Below are positions 37,600 to 46,169 of a DNA stretch of 64,000 bases, piece after piece (position 1 is the first letter of the stretch; every line of letters starts with the position of its first letter). The notes beneath the pieces are model-generated. The model saw only the letters and a list, made by a program, of their open reading frames with translations, ran no database searches and had not been told where the DNA came from. Made by a program: the position numbers and the translations under genes. This DNA comes from Deltaproteobacteria bacterium. GTDB taxonomy: Bacteria; Desulfobacterota; Deferrimicrobia; Deferrimicrobiales; Deferrimicrobiaceae. Location of the stretch: the NCBI GenBank assembly GCA_050263095.1, contig JBLNEW010000071.1:30175-94174 (forward strand), read 5' to 3'.

Positions 37600-37605
37600 T
37601 ATACT
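37600..37605 (+). promoter_or_regulatory. Candidate -10 (TATACT) of a leaderless transcript
   Basis: TATACT lies 6 nt upstream of the lutA ATG at 37612. No Shine-Dalgarno sequence. Confidence 0.35.
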
Positions 37606-37611
37606 TGATGG

Positions 37612-38364
37612 ATGGCGTTGAAAGAGCCCATCCCCGTTTCCCTCTTCTTCACATGCCTGGTCGACGCATTTTATCCCCGCGTCGGATTCGCGACGGCCGC
37701 CGTCCTTGAAAGGTTCGGCGCGGACGTCAGGGTCCCCCTCTCGCAGACCTGCTGCGGCCAGCCGGCGTTCAATTCCGGCAATCGCAAGGAAGCGCGGAAG
37801 ATGGCGCGGAAGTTCCTCTCGTCGTTCGCCGGCGAGGGGTACATAGTCACCCCTTCAGGCTCCTGCGCCGCCATGGTCAAGAACGAATACCCTGTCCTCT
37901 TCCGGGACGAGCCGGGGATGCTGTCGCTGTCCCTTCTTGCCGGGGAACGGATCTACGAGCTGTCCCAGTTCCTCGTCGACGTGCTCGGCGTAACCGATCC
38001 GCGGTCGTCGTTCAAGGGGAAAGTCACCTACCACGATTCCTGCCACCTGCGGCGGGGGCTCGGCGTGACGGAAGCGCCGCGCAAGCTTCTGCGCGCCATC
38101 CCCGGAGTCACGCTGGTGGAGATGGAAGAGAGCGACCGGTGCTGCGGGTTCGGCGGAGTCTTCTCCGTCAAGTACCCGCACATCTCCTGCCGGATGGCGG
38201 ACGACAAGATCGAACGGATACTGGCGACGGGGGCGCCGATCGTCACCTCGGGGGACATAGGCTGCCTGATGAACATCGGCGGCATGATCTCCCGCTGCGG
38301 GTATCCGGTGCAGGCGGTACACCTGGCCGAGATCCTGGCCGGGGACGTGGAGGTGCCCGCCTGA
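37612..38364 (+). CDS. lutA: Lactate utilisation protein A ((Fe-S)-binding CCG-domain oxidoreductase)
   Basis: Two CCG motifs (CCGQPAFNSG, CCGFGGVF). Operon order lutA-B-C. Confidence 0.85.
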   Translation: MALKEPIPVSLFFTCLVDAFYPRVGFATAAVLERFGADVRVPLSQTCCGQPAFNSGNRKEARKMARKFLSSFAGEGYIVTPSGSCAAMVKNEYPVLFRDEPGMLSLSLLAGERIYELSQFLVDVLGVTDPRSSFKGKVTYHDSCHLRRGLGVTEAPRKLLRAIPGVTLVEMEESDRCCGFGGVFSVKYPHISCRMADDKIERILATGAPIVTSGDIGCLMNIGGMISRCGYPVQAVHLAEILAGDVEVPA

Positions 38365-39785
38365 TGGAGCCCAGGTCGCGATCCTTTTTCCGGAACTCCG
38401 AGAAGGCGCTGGCTGACGCTTCGCTGCAGGCCGCCATCTCCCGGACGACCGGAAAGTTCGTCGGCGCGCGGGCCGCCTCCATAGAGGCGTTCCCCGGGTT
38501 CGAGGAAGCGCGCCGCGAGGGCTCCCGGATAAAGAAGGAAACCCTCGACCGGCTCGACCGGTACCTCGCCCTCTTCATTTCGGAGGCGGAAAAACGGGGC
38601 GCCGTCGTGCACGTGGCGCGCGATGCGGGCGAAGCAAGGGAGATCGCGGCCGGGATCGCAAGGCAGGAAGGGGTGACCCTGGCGGTCAAATCCAAATCGA
38701 TGGTCGCCGAGGAGGTCGATCTGAACGGCGCCCTCGAGGCGGCAGGCGTGGAGGTCGTGGAATCGGACCTGGGCGAATTCATCATCCAGCTCGCCGGCGA
38801 ACCGCCCTCCCACCTCATAGCGCCCGCGGTACACAAGACGCGGGAGCAGGTCTCCAGGCTCTTCGAACAGAAGCTGGGAGAGCCGTACACGGACAACATC
38901 CAGGAGCTGGTGCGTATCGCGCGCAAGCATCTACGGGCGAAATTCCTGTCCGCCGGGATGGGCGTAAGCGGCGCGAACTTCCTGTGCGCCGACACCGGCT
39001 CCATAGTCATGGTGACCAACGAGGGGAACGGGAGAATGGGCACGGTTCTTCCGCGGGTCCACCTGGCCGTGGCGAGCATCGAGAAGGTCATACCGGGCCT
39101 CGCGGATTTGCCGGTTTTCCTTCGACTCCTCCCCCGCAGCGCGACCGGCCAGCCGATAACCACGTACGTTTCCGTGCTGACCGGCGTCAAGCGGCCCGAA
39201 GATCCCGAGGGACCCGAAAAACTCCACATCCTGCTCGTGGATAACGGCAGGACCGCGATTCTCCAGGGAAAATACCGGGATATCCTGAAGTGCATACGGT
39301 GCGGGGCTTGCCTGAACATATGCCCCGTATATCAGAGCGTGGGAGGCCATGCCTACGGCTGGACATATCCCGGCCCCATGGGCTCCGTGCTGACCCCGCT
39401 GCTCGCAGGGCTGGCCGAAGGGGCGGCCCTGCCCAACGCCAGCACCCTGTGCGGCGCGTGCGCCGAGGTGTGCCCGGTCGAAATCCCGCTTCCCAGGCTC
39501 CTTCTGGAACTGCGGGCGGACGAGCGGGACCAGGGGTTGAAAACACCGGAAGAGATACTCGGAATGAAAGGCTACGCGGCCGCGATGGGACGCGCAGGCG
39601 TCCTCGAGGCGCTGGAGCGGATCGCCGGAGTCGTGGGCCGGCTCATCTTCAAGGACGGGAAGGTTCCCTGGCTCCCCTTGAAATTCTCCGGATGGACCGA
39701 CAAGAGGGATTTTCCCGCCCCGGCCGCGCAGCCCTTCCGGAGGCTATGGAAGAAGCAGAGAGGAATACGCCCGTGGAGCCGCTAG
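38364..39785 (+). CDS. lutB: Lactate utilisation protein B (LUD domain plus 2x[4Fe-4S])
   Basis: The ATG overlaps the lutA TGA (ATGA). Motifs: CIRCGACLNICPVY, CGACAEVCPV and SHLIAPAVHK. The first 75 codons of track ORF 38139..39785 are an in-frame upstream extension that overlaps lutA in another frame. Confidence 0.85.
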   Translation: MEPRSRSFFRNSEKALADASLQAAISRTTGKFVGARAASIEAFPGFEEARREGSRIKKETLDRLDRYLALFISEAEKRGAVVHVARDAGEAREIAAGIARQEGVTLAVKSKSMVAEEVDLNGALEAAGVEVVESDLGEFIIQLAGEPPSHLIAPAVHKTREQVSRLFEQKLGEPYTDNIQELVRIARKHLRAKFLSAGMGVSGANFLCADTGSIVMVTNEGNGRMGTVLPRVHLAVASIEKVIPGLADLPVFLRLLPRSATGQPITTYVSVLTGVKRPEDPEGPEKLHILLVDNGRTAILQGKYRDILKCIRCGACLNICPVYQSVGGHAYGWTYPGPMGSVLTPLLAGLAEGAALPNASTLCGACAEVCPVEIPLPRLLLELRADERDQGLKTPEEILGMKGYAAAMGRAGVLEALERIAGVVGRLIFKDGKVPWLPLKFSGWTDKRDFPAPAAQPFRRLWKKQRGIRPWSR

Positions 39786-40420
39786 ACAGAAAATCGGAGC
39801 TGATCCGGCGGATCGCCGTGGCGTTGCGAGGACACGACGGCGCCAAAACCTCGTCCGGCAGGGCGGCAGGGCATGCGGAATCATGCACACAGGCGGACGC
39901 GATCGCGCTGTTCCGGGACCGGTTCGAAGCCAACGGCGGCAATTTCATCGAAGGCCCCTCCCCGGAGGCGATCCTCCCCGCGCTCGGCGAAGCGCTCCGC
40001 CTTTCGGGAGTGGCCGGCCTGTTCTTCCCGGAAGACGACGCGGGCGCCCGCCAGGTGGCGGAGGCACTCGTTCCGTTCGGCCCGTTCACCCTGGTCTCTC
40101 CCGCCGAAGCCCTGCAGCCGTCCCCGCCGCAAACGGCGGGTTTTCAGACCGCGGATTACGCCGTCGCGGAGACCGGTTCGATCGTCCAGACAAGCCTGGG
40201 GGGGAAAACGCTTCTGCCCGGGCTGCTGGCCGACGTTCACGTCGCGCTTGTCTCCCGGGCGGCGTTCGTGGACCGGATGAACGATTGCATGGCGGCGCTG
40301 GCGAATGCCCCACCCCGCAACATTTCAATTCTCTCCGGGCCCAGCCGGACCGCCGACATCGAGCAGACCTTGACCATCGGCGCGCACGGCCCCAGGAAAA
40401 TGATCGCGGTGCTCATCTAG
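39746..40420 (+). CDS. lutC: Lactate utilisation protein C (LUD/DUF162)
   Basis: ADYAVAETGSIV...SGPSRTADIEQTL motifs. Start chosen at the ATG at 39746; an alternative GTG lies at 39773. Confidence 0.8.
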   Translation: MEEAERNTPVEPLDRKSELIRRIAVALRGHDGAKTSSGRAAGHAESCTQADAIALFRDRFEANGGNFIEGPSPEAILPALGEALRLSGVAGLFFPEDDAGARQVAEALVPFGPFTLVSPAEALQPSPPQTAGFQTADYAVAETGSIVQTSLGGKTLLPGLLADVHVALVSRAAFVDRMNDCMAALANAPPRNISILSGPSRTADIEQTLTIGAHGPRKMIAVLI

Positions 40421-40528
40421 TCTTGCCGGCCCATCGCCCTCAGGAAAAACAGCCAGCCGGAGATGGTGAAGCCGGAAGCCGAAACGGGGCCGCCCGTCGC
40501 AAGAGCCCGGCGTCCGCTCAACACCCTT

Positions 40529-40939
40529 CTATGGCTTTGAGCCGGATGGGCCGCGAACCTTCGTCAGGTAGTTTATGATCTCGACGGCTTCCTTGTCGGT
40601 TATGGGGCACCCGTTGACCTGCCGCATCCGCTTCACGGTCGCGGTCCATCCGCTGCGGCTCTTGGTCCTGGAGAGGGAGCGATCGAGGTCGTGGCACACC
40701 GAGCATTTCTCCTCGAACAGGGCCTTGCCCTTGCCGCCTTTGGCGTCGGCTGCCGGGGCGGCTGCGACCCCGCCGTGGTGATCGTCCCGATGCCCGCCCT
40801 CGGTAACGTCATCCGCACCGCGCCTGGCTACCTGAGTGGAAGCTATCTGCCCGGCTTCCGCGGCCCATCCCGCAATCAGAAATGCCGCAAGAACGGCAAC
40901 TCCTGCGATAACTGCGAATAAACTCTTTCTTCCTTCCAT
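40529..40939 (-). CDS. Membrane-anchored monoheme cytochrome c with a His-rich linker
   Basis: The ATG at 40939 is preceded by GGAGG. TM anchor, EGGHRDDHHGG, then ALFEEKCSVCHDLDRS...GWTATVKRM...ITDKEAVEIINYL. Paralog of the upstream gene. Confidence 0.6.
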   Translation of the reverse strand: MEGRKSLFAVIAGVAVLAAFLIAGWAAEAGQIASTQVARRGADDVTEGGHRDDHHGGVAAAPAADAKGGKGKALFEEKCSVCHDLDRSLSRTKSRSGWTATVKRMRQVNGCPITDKEAVEIINYLTKVRGPSGSKP

Positions 40940-40961
40940 TGCCGCCTCCGCGCCTAATGGG

Positions 40962-41276
40962 TTACTTGGCACCGTGTTCCGAAGCGAGGAACTCGACTAT
41001 CTTGGCCGCGTCCGCGTCGGAGATCCAGTCCGCCTTCTTGCCCTGCATGTCCTTCACGATCGAGATCCACTTTTCCTTGTTCTCCTTGCGCACGGTCGCT
41101 CGGTCGAGGCCGTGGCAGACGCCGCACTTCTGCTCGAACAGCGCCTTTCCCTCTGCCGCAGCGGATACCGCCGGAGGCGGCGCCGCAGGCTTGGGGGGCT
41201 CTGATTTGGCGCAACCCAGAGCAAAAACCGCAAGGGACAGGACGATCGCGGACGCAATGCCTGAGCGGATAAGCAT
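40962..41276 (-). CDS. Lipoprotein monoheme cytochrome c
   Basis: Lipobox FALGC and a Pro/Ala linker, then ALFEQKCGVCHGLDRA...KWISIVKDM...ISDADAAKIVEFL. One CxxCH motif. Confidence 0.65.
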   Translation of the reverse strand: MLIRSGIASAIVLSLAVFALGCAKSEPPKPAAPPPAVSAAAEGKALFEQKCGVCHGLDRATVRKENKEKWISIVKDMQGKKADWISDADAAKIVEFLASEHGAK

Positions 41277-41352
41277 CTGGAAAATCCTCCTTGGAGAAGC
41301 AAAATTTGCCTTATCTTACCCCCCCCTTCCGAGGTACACAACTGTTTCCGTG

Positions 41353-41358
41353 TATAAT
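41353..41358 (+). promoter_or_regulatory. Candidate -10 (TATAAT) of a leaderless transcript
   Basis: TGTATAAT lies 8 nt upstream of the ATG at 41367. Confidence 0.35.
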
Positions 41359-41366
41359 CGGTGGAC

Positions 41367-41564
41367 ATGATACTCGTACGCATCCCTCAGAAGAATAAAG
41401 AGATTGAAGTCCCCGGCCCAAGGATGGTCGCGGATATCCTGGCTGCGGCGGGGATCCGCCCCACAACCGTAATCGTCACGCAGGGTAAGAGGCTGCTGAC
41501 CCGGGACCAGCGCGTCGCGGACGGAGAAACGATCGACATCCTGTCCGTCGTGTCGGGCGGGTAG
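41367..41564 (+). CDS. ThiS/MoaD-family sulfur-carrier protein (TtuB-like), C-terminal Gly-Gly
   Basis: 65 aa with a beta-grasp pattern, ending ...DILSVVSGG. Immediately upstream of the TtuA-like gene. The track start is a GTG at 41361. Confidence 0.75.
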   Translation: MILVRIPQKNKEIEVPGPRMVADILAAAGIRPTTVIVTQGKRLLTRDQRVADGETIDILSVVSGG

Positions 41565-41569
41565 CTTCC

Positions 41570-42505
41570 GTGAAGTGCAAAAGATGCCGGAAAACCGAGG
41601 CCGCGGTCGAACTGCCGAGCCACAACTCCGCGTTTTGCCCCGATTGCTTCTTCCTGTTCTTCCGAAGGCAGGTCACGGAAGGAATCAGGAAGCCCTCCCT
41701 CCTGTCCTCCGATGACCGGGTGCTCGTCTGCGTATCGGGCGGGAAAGACAGCCTGGTGTTGTGGGACATCCTGATGGAACTCGGGTATCGTACGGAAGGG
41801 CTCCACATAAACCTGGGAATCGATGGGTACTCCTCCCGATCCCTCGAGAAGGTGACGGCCTACGCGGCCGCCCGCGGGAAGGTACCGATCGTGGTGGACC
41901 TGCATGCGGAGGGGATCCCTATCCCGGAGGCGGCCAAGCGGACGCAAAAGGAGGAATGTTCGGTCTGCGGCACGGTGAAACGATACTTCTTCAACCGTGT
42001 CGCCGCCCGGTCGGGATTCACGGTCGTCGCAACGGGGCACAACCTCGACGACGAGGCTGCGCGATTGCTCGGCAACCTGCTCCACTGGGACCGGGAACGC
42101 CTTTCACGCCAGAACCCGCTGCTCCCCGAAGGACCGGAGGGGCTCGTACGGAAGGTCAAGCCGCTGTGGCGCGTAAGCGAGATGGAGACCGCCTCCTACG
42201 GCTTTCTTAAAGGCATCGATTACGTTACCGAAGAGTGCCCTTTGAGCCTCGACGCCACCTCGCTCGTGTACAAGGAGGCCCTCTCGCTGATCGAGGAGGA
42301 GATGCCGGGAACGCGCCGCCGTTTCTACCAGGGCTTTCTCCAACAGGGCCATGGCGACCCCGCAGCGACAGGCGCCGCCGGCGTAACGGATGGGAAGACG
42401 CCCGGGAATTGCGTCGCCTGCGGGGCGCCTGCGTACACGGAAACATGCGGCTACTGCCGCATGAAGGAACGCGTTAACAAGGCACGGGGACGTAAACGTC
42501 CATGA
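41570..42505 (+). CDS. ttuA: PP-loop ATPase tRNA 2-thiolation protein (TtuA/NcsA family)
   Basis: N-terminal zinc finger CKRC...CPDC, PP-loop VCVSGGKDS, Fe-S/catalytic Cys CSVCG and a C-terminal zinc finger CVACG...CGYC. Confidence 0.8.
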   Translation: MKCKRCRKTEAAVELPSHNSAFCPDCFFLFFRRQVTEGIRKPSLLSSDDRVLVCVSGGKDSLVLWDILMELGYRTEGLHINLGIDGYSSRSLEKVTAYAAARGKVPIVVDLHAEGIPIPEAAKRTQKEECSVCGTVKRYFFNRVAARSGFTVVATGHNLDDEAARLLGNLLHWDRERLSRQNPLLPEGPEGLVRKVKPLWRVSEMETASYGFLKGIDYVTEECPLSLDATSLVYKEALSLIEEEMPGTRRRFYQGFLQQGHGDPAATGAAGVTDGKTPGNCVACGAPAYTETCGYCRMKERVNKARGRKRP

Positions 42506-42521
42506 TTCCAGGGAGCGGAAG

Positions 42522-43313
42522 ATGAGCGGACGCAATCCCAGGGGGCCGTTGCAGCCGGGCGAGGAAGTCATCCTGATCGACCCCAAGGGGGAGGAACATC
42601 TTTTCGCGCTGACGCCGGGTAAGCCCTTCGGAACGCACCGGGGAAACATCCTTCACGACGACATCATCGGCAAGCCGGACGGGAGCCGCGTATGGACGGC
42701 CCGCGGGGCCGAGTACCGCGTCTTCCGGCCAACCTTCAACCAGTTCATCCTCAACCTCAAGCGGCACGCCCAGATAATTTACCCCAAGGACATCGGGCCC
42801 ATCCTGCTGTGGGCGGACATTTTCCCGGGCGCGACGGTGCTGGAAGCAGGGATCGGCTGGGGAGCGCTGTCGATAAAGCTGCTGGAAGCGGTAGGGCAGG
42901 CGGGGAGGCTCGTTTCCTACGAGGTGCGCGATGACTTCGCGGAGAGCGGGAAGAAGACGGTAATCCGATTCCTCGGGGAGTGCCCGAACCTGGAGATAAA
43001 GGTGCGCGACATTTACGAGGGGATCGAGGAAAAGGATGTTGACCGGATCGTCCTCGATCTGCCCGAGCCGTGGCGCGTCGTTCCGCATGTCCCGGAAGCG
43101 CTGGCGCCCGGAGGCATTGTTCTTTCCTACCTTCCTTCCACACTGCAGGTAAAACAGATGGTCGACGCGCTGGTCGCTCAGGGCTCCTTCACGGAGCCCG
43201 AGGTCTTCGAGGTAATCCACCGCCCCTGGCACGTCAAGGGGCAATCCGTCCGCCCCGTCCAGTGGATGTTCTCGCACTCGGCCTTCATCGTAGTCGGCAG
43301 AAAAATCACTTGA
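42522..43313 (+). CDS. trmI: tRNA (adenine58-N1)-methyltransferase (TrmI/Gcd14 family)
   Basis: IIYPKDIGPILLWADIFPGATVLEAGIGWGALS (SAM motif I), VDRIVLDLPEPW. Confidence 0.85.
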   Translation: MSGRNPRGPLQPGEEVILIDPKGEEHLFALTPGKPFGTHRGNILHDDIIGKPDGSRVWTARGAEYRVFRPTFNQFILNLKRHAQIIYPKDIGPILLWADIFPGATVLEAGIGWGALSIKLLEAVGQAGRLVSYEVRDDFAESGKKTVIRFLGECPNLEIKVRDIYEGIEEKDVDRIVLDLPEPWRVVPHVPEALAPGGIVLSYLPSTLQVKQMVDALVAQGSFTEPEVFEVIHRPWHVKGQSVRPVQWMFSHSAFIVVGRKIT

Positions 43314-43351
43314 GCCCAGGGACGCGCCTGAACTTCAAGAACGTCCATTAC

Positions 43352-43774
43352 TTAATCTTCTTCGGCGCGTCTCCTGTTTCTTCTCTCGTTCGGGTCCGCT
43401 TTTCTATCCTGTCTCACCCGCGCGGATTTCTTCCTGCTCGAGTATACGTTCACTCTGTCCTCATCTTCATGGGCTTTCATCTCGACGGGGGGGGGACCGG
43501 CGACGGAAGCGGCACCGTACGCGGTCGGGGTGGGCGGGAGAGCGGTTGCAGCCGCGGGCGCGGCATTGTCGGTCCCGGTGGGCTTCACAGGCTGGGGCGC
43601 CGGCGCTTTGCTCGATGCGGGAATTTCAACGGCGGGCCCGGCCGGAAGCGGTGCGTTCTCCGTCGAAGGATCGCCGGTCCTATCGGAGGGCGAGAAGTAG
43701 AGGTATGAGCCGTAGGCGATCAGAAAAAAGGATGCGCATCCCGCCATCGATGCGTACAACGTCTCTCTTTTCAT
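43352..43774 (-). CDS. Hypothetical membrane-anchored Pro/Ala-rich protein with a basic C-terminus
   Basis: Start moved to the internal ATG at 43774 to avoid overlapping the epimerase gene. One TM segment (FFLIAYGSYLYF), a low-complexity P/A region and the tail RKKSARVRQDRKADPNERRNRRRAEED. No family recognised. Confidence 0.4.
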   Translation of the reverse strand: MKRETLYASMAGCASFFLIAYGSYLYFSPSDRTGDPSTENAPLPAGPAVEIPASSKAPAPQPVKPTGTDNAAPAAATALPPTPTAYGAASVAGPPPVEMKAHEDEDRVNVYSSRKKSARVRQDRKADPNERRNRRRAEED

Positions 43775-43793
43775 TGCGGCTCCTGGCGCCGAC

Positions 43794-44744
43794 CTATCGA
43801 CCGACGCCCCGGAAGTGGTCGAAAGTGCGGGAGAGGCCGGCCGAAAAGGCGACCTTCGGCGAATACCCGAGCCGGCTCTGCGCCATGGAGATGTCGGCAA
43901 GGGAATCGCGAACGTCGCCGGGCCGTGGAGGCTCGAATTTCGGGGGCACCCGCCGCGCCGCCAGCCCGTAAACGGATTCAAGGATATCCAGCAGCGAAAT
44001 CCTCTCCCCGCAAGCGATATTATACACCTTGCCGCACACCGTCCGGGGAGCGCGGCAGGCGCAAAGGTTGGCCTCCACCACGTTGTCTATGTATGTGAAA
44101 TCCCGGGTCTGGAGGCCGTCCCCGTACACGGTCGGCTCAATGCCGGAAAGCACGCACGCTATGAACCGCGGTATTACCGCCGCGTACGTCGACGTCGGGT
44201 CCTGGCGGGGGCCGAACACGTTGAAGTAGCGGAGCGACACAGTCTCCAGGCCGTAAACTTCGTGGAAGATCCGCATGTAGTGCTCGCCCGCCAGCTTTTG
44301 CGCGGCGTAGGGGCTCTTCGGATTGGGCGTCATCGATTCCCGCTTGGGAAGCTCGGGCGTGTCCCCGTAGGCGGAGGAGGAGGCTGCGAATACGACTCGA
44401 CGGACACCGGCGTCACGGGCCGCGATCAGCATGTTGACCGTGCCCCCCACGTTGATGTCGTTCGTGAGGGCGGGGTCCGCCACCGAGCGGGGGACCGACG
44501 GCAGCGCGCCCTGATGGAGGACGTACTCGACCCCTTCCGCCGCCTTGCGCACGGCCGCCATGTCCCGAAGATCGCCTTCGATAAGTTCGAACGCCCCGCC
44601 GAACTTTTCGGCAAACCCTGCAAGGTTCGCGCGCTTGCCCGTCAGGAAGTTGTCCAGAACGCGCACCCGGTTCCCGGCGGATAAAAGGGATTCGGCAAGG
44701 TTCGATCCGATGAATCCGGCCCCGCCGGTTACAAGGTAGGACAT
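43794..44744 (-). CDS. NAD-dependent NDP-sugar 4-epimerase (WbpP/TviC-like SDR)
   Basis: [14 protein letters not shown] and the YAAQK catalytic YxxxK. Paired with a TviB/WbpO-like dehydrogenase upstream. Confidence 0.85.
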   Translation of the reverse strand: MSYLVTGGAGFIGSNLAESLLSAGNRVRVLDNFLTGKRANLAGFAEKFGGAFELIEGDLRDMAAVRKAAEGVEYVLHQGALPSVPRSVADPALTNDINVGGTVNMLIAARDAGVRRVVFAASSSAYGDTPELPKRESMTPNPKSPYAAQKLAGEHYMRIFHEVYGLETVSLRYFNVFGPRQDPTSTYAAVIPRFIACVLSGIEPTVYGDGLQTRDFTYIDNVVEANLCACRAPRTVCGKVYNIACGERISLLDILESVYGLAARRVPPKFEPPRPGDVRDSLADISMAQSRLGYSPKVAFSAGLSRTFDHFRGVGR

Positions 44745-44756
44745 CCGCCCTCCGGC

Positions 44757-46115
44757 TCAGAGTTTTATGACTTTGCCGCCGTTGCGTCCCTTGAGGGCGT
44801 TGCGGGTGTCGACCACCACCCTGGATTCGCGTGCGACCAGCTTGTAATCGAACAGATCGTGGTCGGTCACGAGAACGACGCAGTCGGCCTTTCGCAGCGC
44901 CGCCGCCGAAAACTTCTCCGCCTTCAGCCTGATCCCGTGCTCGGCCAGCACCGGGACGTACGGGTCGCAATAGGAAAGCTTCGCCCCCTTTTTCGACAGC
45001 AGCTGCAGTATGTCCAGCGCCGGAGACTCCCGCACGTCGCTGATGTTCTTCTTGTACGCAACGCCAAGGACAAGGATCCTGGCGCCGTTGACCGATTTCC
45101 TGAACCGGTTGAGCGCATCGCCGACCTTGCCGACGACGAAATGGGGCATCTGCCCGTTTATAACGCCCGCGAGCTCGATGAAGCGCGCTTCGAACCCGAA
45201 CTGCTTCGCCTTCCACGACAGGTAGAACGGGTCCAGCGGGATGCAGTGCCCGCCGATGCCCGGGCCCGGATAGAACGGCATGAATCCGAACGGCTTGGTC
45301 TTGGCTGCGTCGATCACTTCCCAGACGTCTATCCCCATGCGGTCGCACATGAGCGCGATCTCGTTTACCAGTCCTATGTTCACCGAGCGGAACGTATTCT
45401 CGAGGAGCTTGACCGTCTCCGCCACGGTGGCGCAGGAAACGGGATGGACGTTTTCGAGCACGCCGTCGTACAGCGCCGCGGCCACCTTTGAGCACCTCGG
45501 CGTAACGCCTCCCACCACCTTCGGTATGTTCTTCGTCGTGTACATGGAGTTACCGGGATCGACGCGCTCCGGCGAGAAGGCCAGGAAGATGTCCCGCCCG
45601 ACCTTGAGGCCGTCCTTCTCGAACATCGGAGCGAGCACCTCCACGGTGGTCCCCGGGTATGTGGTGCTCTCAAGGACGATCAGCATGTTCTTGTGGATGT
45701 ACTTCGCAACCTGCTCGGCGGCGTTCACGATGTAGGACAGGTCGGGATCCTTCGTCTTGCGCAACGGCGTGGGGACGCAGATGTTGACGGTGTCCGCCTC
45801 GGCCAACGCCGAGAAATCGGAGGTCGCCCGCAGCAGACCGGCTGCCACGGCGTCCCGGATCGCATCGGATGGAATATCGCCGATATAGGACTTTCCAGCG
45901 CGAAGTTGCCTGACCTTCGATCCGTCCACGTCGATGCCGATCACCTGAATGCCTGCGCCGGCATATTCCACGGCCAGCGGCAGCCCCACGTACCCCAGTC
46001 CGATCACGGCGGCCGTGAAGTTTTTCCGCTTCAGCCTGGCTAAAAGGTCGCCATGTTCTTCCGCTCCGGGCATCGCCTGGAAACCTCCTCGCATGAATCT
46101 AGGGAAAAAACCCAC
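44757..46115 (-). CDS. UDP-N-acetyl-hexosamine 6-dehydrogenase (nucleotide-sugar dehydrogenase, WbpO/TviB/WecC-like)
   Basis: AVIGLGYVGLPLA, GPGIGGHCIPLDP (catalytic Cys) and VLGVAYKKN motifs. The start could be the internal Met (MPGAEEH...). Confidence 0.85.
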   Translation of the reverse strand: MGFFPRFMRGGFQAMPGAEEHGDLLARLKRKNFTAAVIGLGYVGLPLAVEYAGAGIQVIGIDVDGSKVRQLRAGKSYIGDIPSDAIRDAVAAGLLRATSDFSALAEADTVNICVPTPLRKTKDPDLSYIVNAAEQVAKYIHKNMLIVLESTTYPGTTVEVLAPMFEKDGLKVGRDIFLAFSPERVDPGNSMYTTKNIPKVVGGVTPRCSKVAAALYDGVLENVHPVSCATVAETVKLLENTFRSVNIGLVNEIALMCDRMGIDVWEVIDAAKTKPFGFMPFYPGPGIGGHCIPLDPFYLSWKAKQFGFEARFIELAGVINGQMPHFVVGKVGDALNRFRKSVNGARILVLGVAYKKNISDVRESPALDILQLLSKKGAKLSYCDPYVPVLAEHGIRLKAEKFSAAALRKADCVVLVTDHDLFDYKLVARESRVVVDTRNALKGRNGGKVIKL

Positions 46116-46169
46116 CGAAACGGGACGACCCGGATCCCCGTGGGCACATTTATATGAATGTATCGGATG

